Source: Fibrobacteria bacterium
GTDB taxonomy: Bacteria; Fibrobacterota; Fibrobacteria; UBA11236
Reading direction: 5' to 3'
Assembly (NCBI GenBank): GCA_043745805.1
Contig: JAYTSD010000011.1
Coordinates: 1-49,051, forward strand
Length of the DNA: 49,051 nt
Part shown: positions 17,240 through 28,400 of the stretch, in pieces
Numbering within the stretch: the first letter of the stretch is position 1
How the letters are laid out: every line of letters starts with the position of its first letter
Position numbers and translations under genes: made by a program
Notes under the pieces: generated by a model
What the model saw: only the letters and a program-made list of their open reading frames with translations
Database searches by the model: none
What the model was told of the DNA's origin: nothing

Positions 17240-19708
17240 ATGCCAAGCAAAAATGAAATCGCTATAAAAAATAAAGATCAAGCTCCGAAACAAGGGGAGC
17301 ATGAATTTATGCCTTTAGAAATTACCCAGTGGCAATGGGCACACTTTCCTTTAGGAGCTCTGCGTCATAAGGATGGAAGTGCAACCTTTGCTGTTTATTC
17401 CAGCCATGCTACGCATATACTCTTGGAAATTTATGCAGCACCTATTGGAGAACCTGCTATGCATGCCTTTTGGATGGCTCGTGGACAAGATAAGATTTGG
17501 CGCGCAAGTCTTGGTAATATTCCTAATGAACAAGCTATTTATTATGGATTCCGATGCTGGGGACCGAATTGGAAATTTTCAGAAAAATGGAAAACAGGAA
17601 ATAGCTCAGTAGGTTTTATTGTGGATGTAGATGAAGCCGGCAATCGTTTTAATCCAAATAAATTGCTTTTCGATCCTTATGCACGCGAAATCAGCCATGA
17701 TCGTCTCAATGCACAAATCATGGAAAACGGGCATGATACGGGTATGTATGGTTCTGGCGGAGGAATTTATCAAGGACTTTCTGAAAAATTGAAGCCAGTT
17801 ATTCGACGCGAATTTGATACAGGACTTTGGGCTCCCAAATCTATTTTAATTGAAGATCAATCCCCTTATGGTAACAAACCAGCAATTCCCTTAAAAGATT
17901 CGCTTATTTACGAAACTCATTTAAGAGGTTTTACGCGACATCCCTCAACGGCACGCTTGCAGGAAATTTTAAGAGACATTCCAGGTTTTGAAGATATCGC
18001 TAATGTACCACCGGAGTTACAGGGAACTTATGCGGGTGCGGCCTTTATGGCGAAATACCTAAAAGGTCTGGGATATACTGCAGTGGAATTTTTGCCTATC
18101 CATGAATTTTCCAATGACCTTAATCCTGAAAGCGGTCCCGGTGCCGATGAGCCTGGAGGACCGGCGCTGAATGGAACTTATTGGGGGTACATGACCTATG
18201 GATACTTTGCGCCCGACAGACATTATGCTGCGGATAAAAGTCCCGGGGGACCGACACGTGAATTCAAAAAAATGGTGAAGGCGTTTCATGACGAGGGGAT
18301 AGAAGTTTATTTGGATGTCGTTTATAATCATTCCGCCGAAGGCGGGATTTGGGAAGGGGATAAAGATTCCGCGGAGATCCTTTTTTTGCGAGGTTTCGAT
18401 AATATCAAATATTATGTCTTAGCTGAGGATAAAAAACTTTACTGGGATAGCACTGGTTGCGGCAATAATCTCGACGCTTCGAGAAGAGTGGTGCAAAATT
18501 TAGTCCTAGATTCATTGTACTATTGGGCGCAGGAAATGGGAGTAGACGGTTTTCGTTTCGACCTTGCCACAACACTAGGTCGCGGACCCGATGATAACCA
18601 TCGCTACAGCCCTTCGGCGGAATTGTTGGAAGATATTTCCCAAATGGCCAGAGAATTGGGATTTAAAATTATTGCGGAAGCTTGGGATACCCAACAAGAT
18701 GACAGTTATCAGGTAGGGAATTTTCCCTTAGACTGGGCGGAATGGAATGGAAATTATCGCGATACCATGCGTCGATTTCTCAAGGGTGACGGAAATATCG
18801 CGGAATTTATACGCTTTGCTAATGGTGATTATGATCACTTCAATGATCGTAAAGGCGTGAGTAAAAGCGTGAATATTATTACTGCCCATGACGGCTTTAC
18901 TTTGCTGGATTTGGTCAGCTATAATCAAAAAAATAATGGCATGGAATGGCCTTTTGGTCCTACTGATGGCGGCAACGAGAATAATATTTCTTGGGATTCA
19001 GATGGTGATTTGGCGTTACGACGCCAAAGACTGCGTAATTTTTTTGTCGTGCAATTGTTTTCGCGCGGTACGCCTCATACTACCGCAGGGGACGAGTTTG
19101 CCCGTACTCAAAATGGGAACAATAATCCATATAAATTGGATACGATTGGCATTTGGCAGAATTATGATTTAATCAATTCAAACAATCCTTATTCCATTCC
19201 ATCGGAAGGGGTTACCGCCGAACAAAACAAACATGCCTATCATGACAATTACGGACAAGATAAGAACCCTACCCCTAAAAATGGTCTTTTCCTTTTTGTG
19301 CAAGCCATTGTAGGCTTACGCAAAATCCATCCTTGTTTGCTCCAAGATCAATTTGCGGATTTACAAATCGATGCTGGGAACGATGTCACATTCCTGTTCA
19401 AGCAAGCTGACGGCTGTGCCGATTTGGAGGATATCGGAAAAAGCGTTTATTGGCACATTAATGGGAGTAACATACAGGATACTGATTTTCTTTTATTGGT
19501 TAACATGGGTCCTGAAACTGTAGATTTTACCGTCCCCGATTTGCATGAAGGGAAAGAATGGCGGCGTATTGTGGACACAAGTGATGAGGCCGAAGCGCAA
19601 GGAAATTTTTGGAGCTTAGACAAAGCGGAAGTTATTAAAGCAAAATATTCAGTAAGCGGCTATGCGATAATTGTTTTGCAAGAAACCGACCAAAATTACA
19701 AAGGGTAA
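17240..19708 (+). CDS. glgX: Isoamylase / glycogen-debranching enzyme (GH13_11)
   Basis: NPNKLLFDPYA, YWGYMT, DVVYNHSAEG, DGFRFDLA, AEAWD, TAHDGFTL, TQNGNNNPY. Confidence 0.9.
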   Translation: MPSKNEIAIKNKDQAPKQGEHEFMPLEITQWQWAHFPLGALRHKDGSATFAVYSSHATHILLEIYAAPIGEPAMHAFWMARGQDKIWRASLGNIPNEQAIYYGFRCWGPNWKFSEKWKTGNSSVGFIVDVDEAGNRFNPNKLLFDPYAREISHDRLNAQIMENGHDTGMYGSGGGIYQGLSEKLKPVIRREFDTGLWAPKSILIEDQSPYGNKPAIPLKDSLIYETHLRGFTRHPSTARLQEILRDIPGFEDIANVPPELQGTYAGAAFMAKYLKGLGYTAVEFLPIHEFSNDLNPESGPGADEPGGPALNGTYWGYMTYGYFAPDRHYAADKSPGGPTREFKKMVKAFHDEGIEVYLDVVYNHSAEGGIWEGDKDSAEILFLRGFDNIKYYVLAEDKKLYWDSTGCGNNLDASRRVVQNLVLDSLYYWAQEMGVDGFRFDLATTLGRGPDDNHRYSPSAELLEDISQMARELGFKIIAEAWDTQQDDSYQVGNFPLDWAEWNGNYRDTMRRFLKGDGNIAEFIRFANGDYDHFNDRKGVSKSVNIITAHDGFTLLDLVSYNQKNNGMEWPFGPTDGGNENNISWDSDGDLALRRQRLRNFFVVQLFSRGTPHTTAGDEFARTQNGNNNPYKLDTIGIWQNYDLINSNNPYSIPSEGVTAEQNKHAYHDNYGQDKNPTPKNGLFLFVQAIVGLRKIHPCLLQDQFADLQIDAGNDVTFLFKQADGCADLEDIGKSVYWHINGSNIQDTDFLLLVNMGPETVDFTVPDLHEGKEWRRIVDTSDEAEAQGNFWSLDKAEVIKAKYSVSGYAIIVLQETDQNYKG

Positions 19709-19799
19709 CCTACAAATAAATGAAAAAAATGGCGCAGTTCTTTAAAATATTTTGGCATTTATTTTTTGACTTTTATATTTGAATTAATTAGTTCATTCA

Positions 19800-19906
19800 T
19801 AAAGGGCCTCAGACTTTGGGAGACAAGCCGTTGGCGGGCAATACGGCTCTCCCATAAGGACGTTCAAATTTGAGCGAAATTGAATTTGAACGTCCTTCCT
19901 CAATTT
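19800..19906 (+). ncRNA. Candidate ~100-nt sRNA with two hairpins
   Basis: TTGACT-N17-TAGTTC at 19766-19794; bulged hairpin 19817-19854; perfect 15-bp stem 19856-19870/19883-19897. Confidence 0.3.
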
Positions 19907-19915
19907 TAAAGCAGG

Positions 19916-20299
19916 TTAATTATTGTCGGAACTTAAGGACGCAAACAATAATAATAAACCGCTTCCCAATTCTTGGGGCGTAAAAGGTTTGGGAAGAAAA
20001 TGAACACCGTCATCATCCAGCATATCCGTTGGGGCTTCGAATTCATTAAAAAAACCGCTGATAAAAAGTATGGGCAAATCAGGTCTTTTCATGCGTAAAT
20101 TTTCTGCCAGTTGGAAGCCGTTCATGCCAGGCATTTTTATATCAGTTATCAAAGCATCGATCGCTTCATCGTGATCGAAAGTTAATAAGGCTTCTATGCC
20201 ATCTTTGGCTTTTAGAACCTCATATTGCAGGGATTGGGCTACCATGGTCAAAAAATTTAAAACGGCCGGTTCGTCGTCTACTACTAAAATTTTCTTCAT
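19916..20299 (-). CDS. Single-domain response regulator
   Basis: KILVVDDE, LITDIKMPGMNG, FLPKPF; start at ATG 20299. Confidence 0.92.
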   Translation of the reverse strand: MKKILVVDDEPAVLNFLTMVAQSLQYEVLKAKDGIEALLTFDHDEAIDALITDIKMPGMNGFQLAENLRMKRPDLPILFISGFFNEFEAPTDMLDDDGVHFLPKPFTPQELGSGLLLLFASLSSDNN

Positions 20300-20382
20300 G
20301 TTTAATTCCCATTTGAAATACATTTAATCTAATGTACCCTGAATATTTTTTCAACTATTTCGGCAGTTTTGCAGGCTTAGCT

Positions 20383-23300
20383 TTATGTTTCAGAAGCGAA
20401 TATCGGGCTCAAAATTTCATGGATTTTTTTAGCTAAAGTTTCAGGGCTAAAAGGTTTGCCTATAAAGTTGACATTTTTTTGCTTGAGGCTATCGTGGATG
20501 GCTGAATCTTCTGTATATCCGGACATATAGAGTACTTTCATATTCGGACGTAAGGGTTGTAAATACTCCACTAGTTGGCGTCCACCCATATTGGACATCA
20601 CGACATCCGTTAATAGTAATTGAATTGATTCCTCGCCAAGCCTTTCATGCAACAGTATGGCCTCTTGTGCGGATGCAGCTTCTAAGACAGAGTAACCTTG
20701 GAGTTTCAGCATATGATAGATTAAGCGGCGTACGGCTTTTTCATCTTCCACTACAAGAATTGTTCCTTGGCCTTTTGTTACTGGGAGAGAAGGCATAGCC
20801 TCTTTTTCTATTTCTGGGATCGACGGTAGAATGATAAAAGGAAAATAAATCTCAAAAATAGTACCATAGCCAGGCGTACTTTGTACTTCAATATAGCCTT
20901 CGCTTTGTTTGATAATTCCGTCGACCATGGATAATCCCAAACCCGTTCCTTTACCGACTTCTTTAGTTGTGAAAAAAGGTTCGAAAATTCGCGTCTTGGT
21001 TTTTTCATCCATACCAATTCCCGTATCACTCACTCTCAGTAACACATAATTTCCGAACGGAATAGATGGACTTGGCAAAGAAGAATTTTCATGCAATTCT
21101 AGATTGGAGGTTTCGAGTATTAGTTTTCCGCCATAGGGCATGGCATCACGAGCATTGAGAGCCAAGGTTAAAATGACTTGCTCGATTTGGCCAGGATCGG
21201 CTTTGACTCTTCCGAGTGTGGATTGAGGGTTCAATTGTAAATCAATGGTTTCGCCTATAACTTGGCTCAACATTTTGCGCATGCCATAAAGAATATCATT
21301 GAGATTTAAAATTTTAGGAGATAGTAATTGTTTCCGGCCAAATGCTAATAACTGTCGCGTTAAGGAAGCTGCTCGATCACCCGCTTTCCTAACTTCTTCC
21401 AAATAAGATCTCTGAGTCATCCACGGTAACGGCTGATTACTAAGTAGCCCGGTATAGCCATTAATAGCAGTAAGAAGATTATTAAATTCATGCGCTATGC
21501 CTCCTGCCATTTGGCCGATGGCGTCCATTTTTTGCGAATGAAAAAGTTGCGCTTCAGTTTCATGCAATACCTCTTGCGCTTGTTTGCGTTCAATTGCGAT
21601 AGCCGCTGTATGAGTGAGTATACCCATATGTTTTAATTCTTCAATTCCTAGCATACGTGATTCTCGATAATACATGGCAAAGGTTCCCAGCAGTTTACCA
21701 TGGGAAGATAAAATGGGGATTGACCAGCAAGCTTTTAGTCCATACGTTAAAGCCAGTTCCCGTAAATTTGTCCATAAAGGATCAGTAGCAATATCGGAAA
21801 CAATAACAGCTTTTCCTGTATACGCGGCCATGCCACAAGATCCGCTTAAATTACCTATTGGCAAACCATCGATGGCGCGATAATAATTTTCGGGCAAGTT
21901 AGGGGCTACGCCATGCCGTAAGTGCAGGCCGTCTTTTTCCAACAGTAGTATGGATGCTAAACCTCCGGGAGATTGTTCTTCTAAAATATGTGCAAGTGTT
22001 TCCAGAATTTTTTCCAGAGCAGCGCCTTGAGCTACCAATTCCAATACATGTTTTTGTTTTTCTAAGTAAGAAGATATTTTTTCAGCTTCGCGCCGTGCAT
22101 TAATTTGAATGCTCACATCAAAAGCGAAAATCATTAAGCCTTCAATTTTTTCTCGAGCATCATACATGGGTTGGAAAGTGAAGGCGTAAAAGTTGTTTTG
22201 TTCTTCGCTAAAAGAGATGCGAAATTCTTCTGTGGTAAAAGCTTGGCCGGTTTGATAAACATTCTCCATCAAATGGATTAAACCTAGTTCTTCAAGCTCG
22301 GGCAAAACTTCGCGAATGCTTCTATGCAATAATTCTCGTTGCCCCACAGTTTTTTGATAAGCTCGATTGGCAAATTCATAGATAAGCTCAGGACCTTTAA
22401 GAATGCAGATAAGAGCGGGAGCATCCATCAACAGGGTGTATAAACGAGAACGCTGGTATTCAGCTTCGAGATGGGCCGAAGACAGTAAGGCTTGCGCTTG
22501 CTTACGATGATTTTCCATTTTAAGATGGGCATTGACCCGGCTGAGCAACTCCCTCGCCGTGAAAGGCTTAATCAAATAATCGTCCGCACCTTTATCCAAT
22601 CCTTCATAAACAGATTCTTCACCGGCCCGGGCGGATAAAAGAATAATAGGTATCGTTTGGGTTACGGGATTGTTTCGTAAATTTTTAACTAATTCGAAGC
22701 CATCGAGCCCAGGCATCATGATATCGCTAAGAATCAAATCGGGCAATTGTTGTTCGATGGAAGCCAAAGCGGAATAGCCGTCATTCGCAACTTCCACCTG
22801 CCAATATGTTTCGAGCAAACGCTTGATATAGTCGCGCATATCAGCATTATCGTCTATCAAAAGAATTCGCGCTGTGGAAGGCGATAAAACCTTATGTAAA
22901 GCATCCGATCTATCGCTATTAGAAGGGTAACTGGCTTTGGCATCTAGCCAATGTTCGACAGTTTTAGCTTCTTCGACTGCCCATTGCATGGCCTCTTCCT
23001 GGAAAGCAATGGCACCAATAGCTGTGGAGCGACGAGCTTGCTGTAATATTTCTTCTTCTAAAAAAGAATTCGCAGGTTTAGGCAAGGTTATTTTAAAAAT
23101 ACTGCCTTCGTTTTCTCGGCTTTTTACTTCAATAGTTCCACCATGCAAGGTAACCAATTCTTTTACTAGCGCTAAACCTATTCCCGATCCTTCTTGGGTG
23201 CGTCCTTTGGCATTCGGTACACGATGGAAGCGCGTGAAGAGATGTGGTAATTCATCTATAGGAATACCTATGCCAGTATCCAGCACTTCCAATTCCGTGG

Positions 23301-24798
23301 AATTTTCCAGCGCATGCAAATGGACAGAAATTCCTCCACTAAGGGTAAACTTGAAAGCATTGGATAAAAGGTTGAGAACCATTTTTTCCCACATATCTTT
23401 ATCAATATAGCCTGGAGCATGGGGTGGCTCGCAAGTTACCTTAAGAAAAAGACCTGCCTTTTCCACGCTCGATCGAAACACACTTACCAAATCGGTGGTT
23501 AAGGCCGCGAGATCGACTGCTTCATAATAAGGTTCCATGCGGCCGGCTTCGATGCGCGAAATGTCTAAAAGCGAATTTACCAATTTCATGAGGCGCAAGG
23601 CATTGCGATGTAACATGGATAATACTTGTTGCCGATCTTTCGGCGAAGCTTCGAAGATTCCTTGCTGGAGTAGATCTTCGGTTTGCCCTAAGATTAAGGT
23701 TATGGGGGTGCGGAATTCATGGCTTACATTGTTGAAAAATATGGTTTTAGCTTTGTCTAATTCGGCTAGTGTTTGGTTTTGTTTTCTTTCTTTTTCAATA
23801 TTATGTGCATTGTGTAGAGCGGTAGTGACAAGGCCTGTTAAGGAATTTAAAAATTCCCGATAGGCCCGATCTAAAATACGATGGGGATTAATGCCTATGA
23901 TTAAAAACCCATCTAAATGCAGGGGTTCCGAAGTTTGTAGCGGGAGTACTATAGCTTGCCGGATTTTCTTGCCCCATTCGGTAACCGGTAAATTCCATTG
24001 ATCCTCATGATCTTCAAGAAGTACAGCTTCTCTGGTTTGACAAACTTCACGCAAGGCATGGATTAATGGATTATCCGTTTCTTCTTCCAACAAAATTTCC
24101 AAGGAAAAAACTTTTGCTTCAGGCCCAAGTCCAGTTTTGTTCATTAACTGTGCTTTTTTTTTCGGAGTATCCCATTGATAATGCAATGAAAAACGAATGC
24201 CGTGATTTTTTTGTTTCGTTCCATTGGAAATGACTTCATAGGCATCGGCCCAACTTCTGACTTGGGAGGCTTGCGAGGCTATATCTCGCAAAGTGCGTAA
24301 ACGTCGGTCACTCAATATTTGTTTGGTTGTTTCGGTGACTGCGCAAAAAATGCCTTGAATATTTCCCTCTTCGTCGCGAATAGGGCTTTGCGATAAAGTG
24401 AAATAGGCTTCTTCTAAATACCCATTACGTTCCAGCGGATAAACTTGATCTTCAAGCCAAGTTGCTACTCCAGTTTCAAAAACATTTCTTAAAATAGGTC
24501 CGATTTTTTCCCACAATTCAGGGCGCATGGAGTCAGCTTTTTTTCCTAAAGCATAAGGATGTTTATGGCTACCTTGAATGGGCCGATAAGCATCATTATA
24601 GAATTGAACAAAATTGGGGCCCCAAAACAAAATCATGGGAAAACGTGAAGATAAGCAAATGCTCAAGGACGTGCGGAGGCTGGCGACCCAAGTACAAACC
24701 GGCCCTATAGGTGTTTGCGACCAATCGGTGGAACGCATTAAGGCGCCCATTTCGCCGCCGTTTAAAAAAATCCTGTCAATTTTTTCTTGTTCGTTCAA
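20383..24798 (-). CDS. Soluble double hybrid histidine kinase (PAS-like/GAF-HK-REC-PAS-GAF-HK-REC)
   Basis: Two H-boxes (VSHEFRTP, IAHEFNNLL), two HATPase G-boxes, two receivers (ILSDIMMP, LLTDVVM); TTG start. Confidence 0.92.
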   Translation of the reverse strand: MNEQEKIDRIFLNGGEMGALMRSTDWSQTPIGPVCTWVASLRTSLSICLSSRFPMILFWGPNFVQFYNDAYRPIQGSHKHPYALGKKADSMRPELWEKIGPILRNVFETGVATWLEDQVYPLERNGYLEEAYFTLSQSPIRDEEGNIQGIFCAVTETTKQILSDRRLRTLRDIASQASQVRSWADAYEVISNGTKQKNHGIRFSLHYQWDTPKKKAQLMNKTGLGPEAKVFSLEILLEEETDNPLIHALREVCQTREAVLLEDHEDQWNLPVTEWGKKIRQAIVLPLQTSEPLHLDGFLIIGINPHRILDRAYREFLNSLTGLVTTALHNAHNIEKERKQNQTLAELDKAKTIFFNNVSHEFRTPITLILGQTEDLLQQGIFEASPKDRQQVLSMLHRNALRLMKLVNSLLDISRIEAGRMEPYYEAVDLAALTTDLVSVFRSSVEKAGLFLKVTCEPPHAPGYIDKDMWEKMVLNLLSNAFKFTLSGGISVHLHALENSTELEVLDTGIGIPIDELPHLFTRFHRVPNAKGRTQEGSGIGLALVKELVTLHGGTIEVKSRENEGSIFKITLPKPANSFLEEEILQQARRSTAIGAIAFQEEAMQWAVEEAKTVEHWLDAKASYPSNSDRSDALHKVLSPSTARILLIDDNADMRDYIKRLLETYWQVEVANDGYSALASIEQQLPDLILSDIMMPGLDGFELVKNLRNNPVTQTIPIILLSARAGEESVYEGLDKGADDYLIKPFTARELLSRVNAHLKMENHRKQAQALLSSAHLEAEYQRSRLYTLLMDAPALICILKGPELIYEFANRAYQKTVGQRELLHRSIREVLPELEELGLIHLMENVYQTGQAFTTEEFRISFSEEQNNFYAFTFQPMYDAREKIEGLMIFAFDVSIQINARREAEKISSYLEKQKHVLELVAQGAALEKILETLAHILEEQSPGGLASILLLEKDGLHLRHGVAPNLPENYYRAIDGLPIGNLSGSCGMAAYTGKAVIVSDIATDPLWTNLRELALTYGLKACWSIPILSSHGKLLGTFAMYYRESRMLGIEELKHMGILTHTAAIAIERKQAQEVLHETEAQLFHSQKMDAIGQMAGGIAHEFNNLLTAINGYTGLLSNQPLPWMTQRSYLEEVRKAGDRAASLTRQLLAFGRKQLLSPKILNLNDILYGMRKMLSQVIGETIDLQLNPQSTLGRVKADPGQIEQVILTLALNARDAMPYGGKLILETSNLELHENSSLPSPSIPFGNYVLLRVSDTGIGMDEKTKTRIFEPFFTTKEVGKGTGLGLSMVDGIIKQSEGYIEVQSTPGYGTIFEIYFPFIILPSIPEIEKEAMPSLPVTKGQGTILVVEDEKAVRRLIYHMLKLQGYSVLEAASAQEAILLHERLGEESIQLLLTDVVMSNMGGRQLVEYLQPLRPNMKVLYMSGYTEDSAIHDSLKQKNVNFIGKPFSPETLAKKIHEILSPIFASET

Positions 24799-25033
24799 GG
24801 ATCCCCATTCCTTTTTTTGCGATTACCTAGGACGGAGGAGAGCATACAATTTTTTCTCCCTTTTTTAAGAATACAAAAAAAATGGGAGGACCATTTATAA
24901 TAGTGAATTTAGCTCCACTATTATTTTTTTTTTGAATCCAAGAAATAAAAAAATCAGGGCAAATAGCTTAAGCTGTTACCTAAGACTATACAACCAACGT
25001 AATAAATCTGAAATACAATTTTATGTTTCTTCT

Positions 25034-25195
25034 TTAAATTTTAGTTCTTCCAAAAAAGAACGTCACTAACCAAATGACTATAAAAATAAAGAAAAGAATT
25101 TTCGCTATGCCAGCTGCAGTTCCGGCAATGCCTCCGAATCCGAGAATAGCCGCGATAATTGCAATAACTAGAAAAACCAAAGAATAATGTAACAT
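25034..25195 (-). CDS. DUF1328/UPF0391 (YtjA-like) small membrane protein, absent from the ORF track
   Basis: Manual translation [62 protein letters not shown]. Confidence 0.93.
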   Translation of the reverse strand: MLHYSLVFLVIAIIAAILGFGGIAGTAAGIAKILFFIFIVIWLVTFFFGRTKI

Positions 25196-25467
25196 AGAAT
25201 CCCTTTCTATTAAATCATTTCGCCGAACATCGGGCGAAGGAAGGGATGCAGAATAAATCTGTATCCGAAGTTTAAAATAGATTCATAAAATTTCAAAGCA
25301 AGCATTTTTAGCTTAAACAATTTAAAGAGTGATTTTGCAAATAAATGCAATTTTAAAGCTTTCTAAAAAAAATAGGGAAGCTCAAAAAAACACTTGCGCT
25401 CTCGATTTTTTAAATTTTATTTAAAGGCGTTAGTATATACTCAACTTTTATTGGAAGAGGAATTTCC

Positions 25468-28400
25468 ATGCCCGTAACTCGCAAACGCGCTCCTATTTCG
25501 GAAGCGATACAAACCAGTCATGCTGTTCTTGATAAAAAAAAGCTGCTTGGTGCTCTTGAGGCTTTTAAACGGGGTAATTTCCATGTACGTCTAATGGAAG
25601 ATTGGGTGGGCATTGATGCAAAGATTGCGGATGCTTTTAATGATGTTTTGGAAAAAAATCTTTTGCTTTCGCGGGAATTAAGTAAGGCGAATCGCCTAGT
25701 GGGTAGCGAAGGACGACTTAATTTACGGGCCTCCATGGGCCCTGTGAGCGGTGCTTGGGCTGAATCAGTGGACTCTTTAAATGGGCTAATCGACGATTTA
25801 GTAAGACCGACGAATGAAATGTCGCGGGTAATCGGAGCGGTATCGAGCGGAGATCTATCTCAGAGCGTCAGTTTGGAAGTGGAAGGACGGCCTTTGCGTG
25901 GAGAATTTTTACGCACGGCAAAAACTGTGAACACTATGGTAAACCGCTTAAGCTCTTTTGCTTCGGAAGTAACGCGCGTGGCGCGTGAAGTGGGTACAGA
26001 CGGAAAATTAGGCGGCCAAGCGGAAGTAAAGGGTGTAGGCGGTACGTGGAAGGATTTGACGGACAATGTGAATTCGATGGCTGCGAATTTAACCGGCCAG
26101 GTACGTAACATTGCGGAAGTAACCACGGCCATTGCTAATGGAGATTTGTCGAAAAAAATCACAGTAGAGGCCAAAGGAGAAATTTTAGAATTAAAAGCCA
26201 CGATTAATGCTACGGTGGATCAGTTGAATTCCTTCGCTTCGGAAGTAACGCGTGTGGCGCGTGAAGTAGGTACAGACGGAAAATTAGGTGGCCAAGCGGA
26301 AGTGAAGGGTGTAGGTGGTACGTGGAAGGATTTGACGGACAACGTGAATTCGATGGCTGCAAATTTAACCGGTCAGGTACGTAACATTGCGGAAGTAACG
26401 ACGGCGGTGGCAAATGGCGATTTATCCAAAAAAATTACCGCCGAAGCCAAAGGCGAAATCTTAGAGTTGAAAGACACTATTAATATTATGGTGGATCAAT
26501 TGAATTCTTTCGCGTCGGAGGTGTCTCGCGTGGCGCGTGAAGTGGGCTCTGAAGGCAAGTTGGGCGTGCAAGCGGAAGTTCAAGGTGTTGCGGGCACCTG
26601 GAAGGATTTGACGAATAATGTGAATTTGATGGCCAGTAATTTAACTGGGCAAGTACGTAACATTGCGGATGTAACCACAGCAGTGGCGAATGGGGATTTG
26701 TCGAAAAAAATCACGGTGGATGTGAAAGGTGAAATTTTAGAATTAAAAAACACCATCAATACTATGGTAGATCAATTGAGCTCTTTTGCTTCAGAAGTTT
26801 CGCGTGTAGCGCGCGAAGTGGGTTCGGAAGGCAAGCTAGGGGGGCAAGCGGAAGTGAAAGGTGTAGGCGGTACGTGGAAAGATTTGACTGATAATGTGAA
26901 TTCGATGGCTGCAAATTTAACCGGTCAGGTACGTAACATTGCAGAAGTTACCACCGCGGTGGCAAATGGAAATCTTTCTAAGAAAATTACCGCTGAAGCG
27001 CGAGGAGAAATTCTCGAGCTTAAAGAAACGATTAATACTATGGTAGATCAATTGAGCTCTTTCGCTTCGGAAGTTTCACGTGTAGCACGCGAAGTAGGTT
27101 CAGAAGGAAAGTTGGGTGGCCAAGCAGTAGTGCGTGGAGTAGCGGGTACGTGGAAGGATTTAACTGATAATGTGAATTCCATGGCCAGCAATTTAACTGG
27201 GCAAGTGCGTAATATCGCGCAGGTTACGACAGCGGTAGCGAACGGAGATTTGTCGAAAAAAATCACGGTGGATGTGAAAGGCGAAATCTTGGAATTAAAA
27301 AATACCATCAATATCATGGTAGATCAATTGAATTCTTTTGCATCAGAAGTAACACGTGTGGCACGGGAAGTAGGCACGGAAGGCAAGCTGGGCGGACAAG
27401 CCGATGTAAAGGGTGTAGGTGGTACTTGGAAAGATTTGACCGACTCGGTAAATTTTATGGCGGGTAATTTAACCGGGCAAGTGCGTAATATCGCTGAAGT
27501 AGCGACTGCTATAGCAACTGGTAATTTGTCCAAGAAAATTACCGCTGAAGCAAAAGGCGAAATTTTAGAATTGAAAGACACTATTAATATCATGGTGGAT
27601 CAATTGAATTCTTTCGCATCTGAAGTCACGCGCGTAGCACGTGAAGTAGGCACGGATGGAAAATTAGGTGGTCAAGCCGAAGTAAAAGGTGTAGCCGGTA
27701 CCTGGAAAGACTTGACGGACTCGGTGAATTTTATGGCAAGTAATTTGACTAGCCAAGTGCGTAATATTGCCGATGTAACGACGGCAGTAGCGAACGGAGA
27801 TTTATCGAAAAAAATTACGGTGGATGTAAAAGGGGAAATTTTGGAATTGAAACGTACCATTAACATCATGGTGGATCAATTGAATTCCTTTGCATCAGAA
27901 GTAACGCGTGTGGCACGTGAGGTAGGTACGGACGGTAAGCTCGGTGGTCAAGCCGTGGTGCAAGATGTGGGCGGTGTATGGAAAGACTTGACCGACTCGG
28001 TAAATTTTATGGCGAGTAATTTAACTGGGCAGGTACGTAATATCGCACAAGTTACGACGGCAGTGGCGAATGGAGATTTGTCGAAAAAAATTACCGTGGA
28101 CGTGAAAGGCGAAATTTTAGAATTGAAAAATACCATTAATACTATGGTGGACCAACTCAATTCTTTTGCTTCGGAAGTGTCTCGCGTGGCGCGTGAAGTG
28201 GGCTCTGAAGGTAAGCTGGGCGGGCAAGCGGAAGTGAAAGGCGTTTCGGGTACTTGGAAAGATTTGACTGACAATGTGAATTCCATGGCCAGCAATTTAA
28301 CTGGGCAGGTGCGTAATATCGCCGAGGTAACTATCTCGGTCGCGAATGGCGATATGTCTAAAAAAATCACTGTAGATGTACGCGGAGAATTTTTACAACT

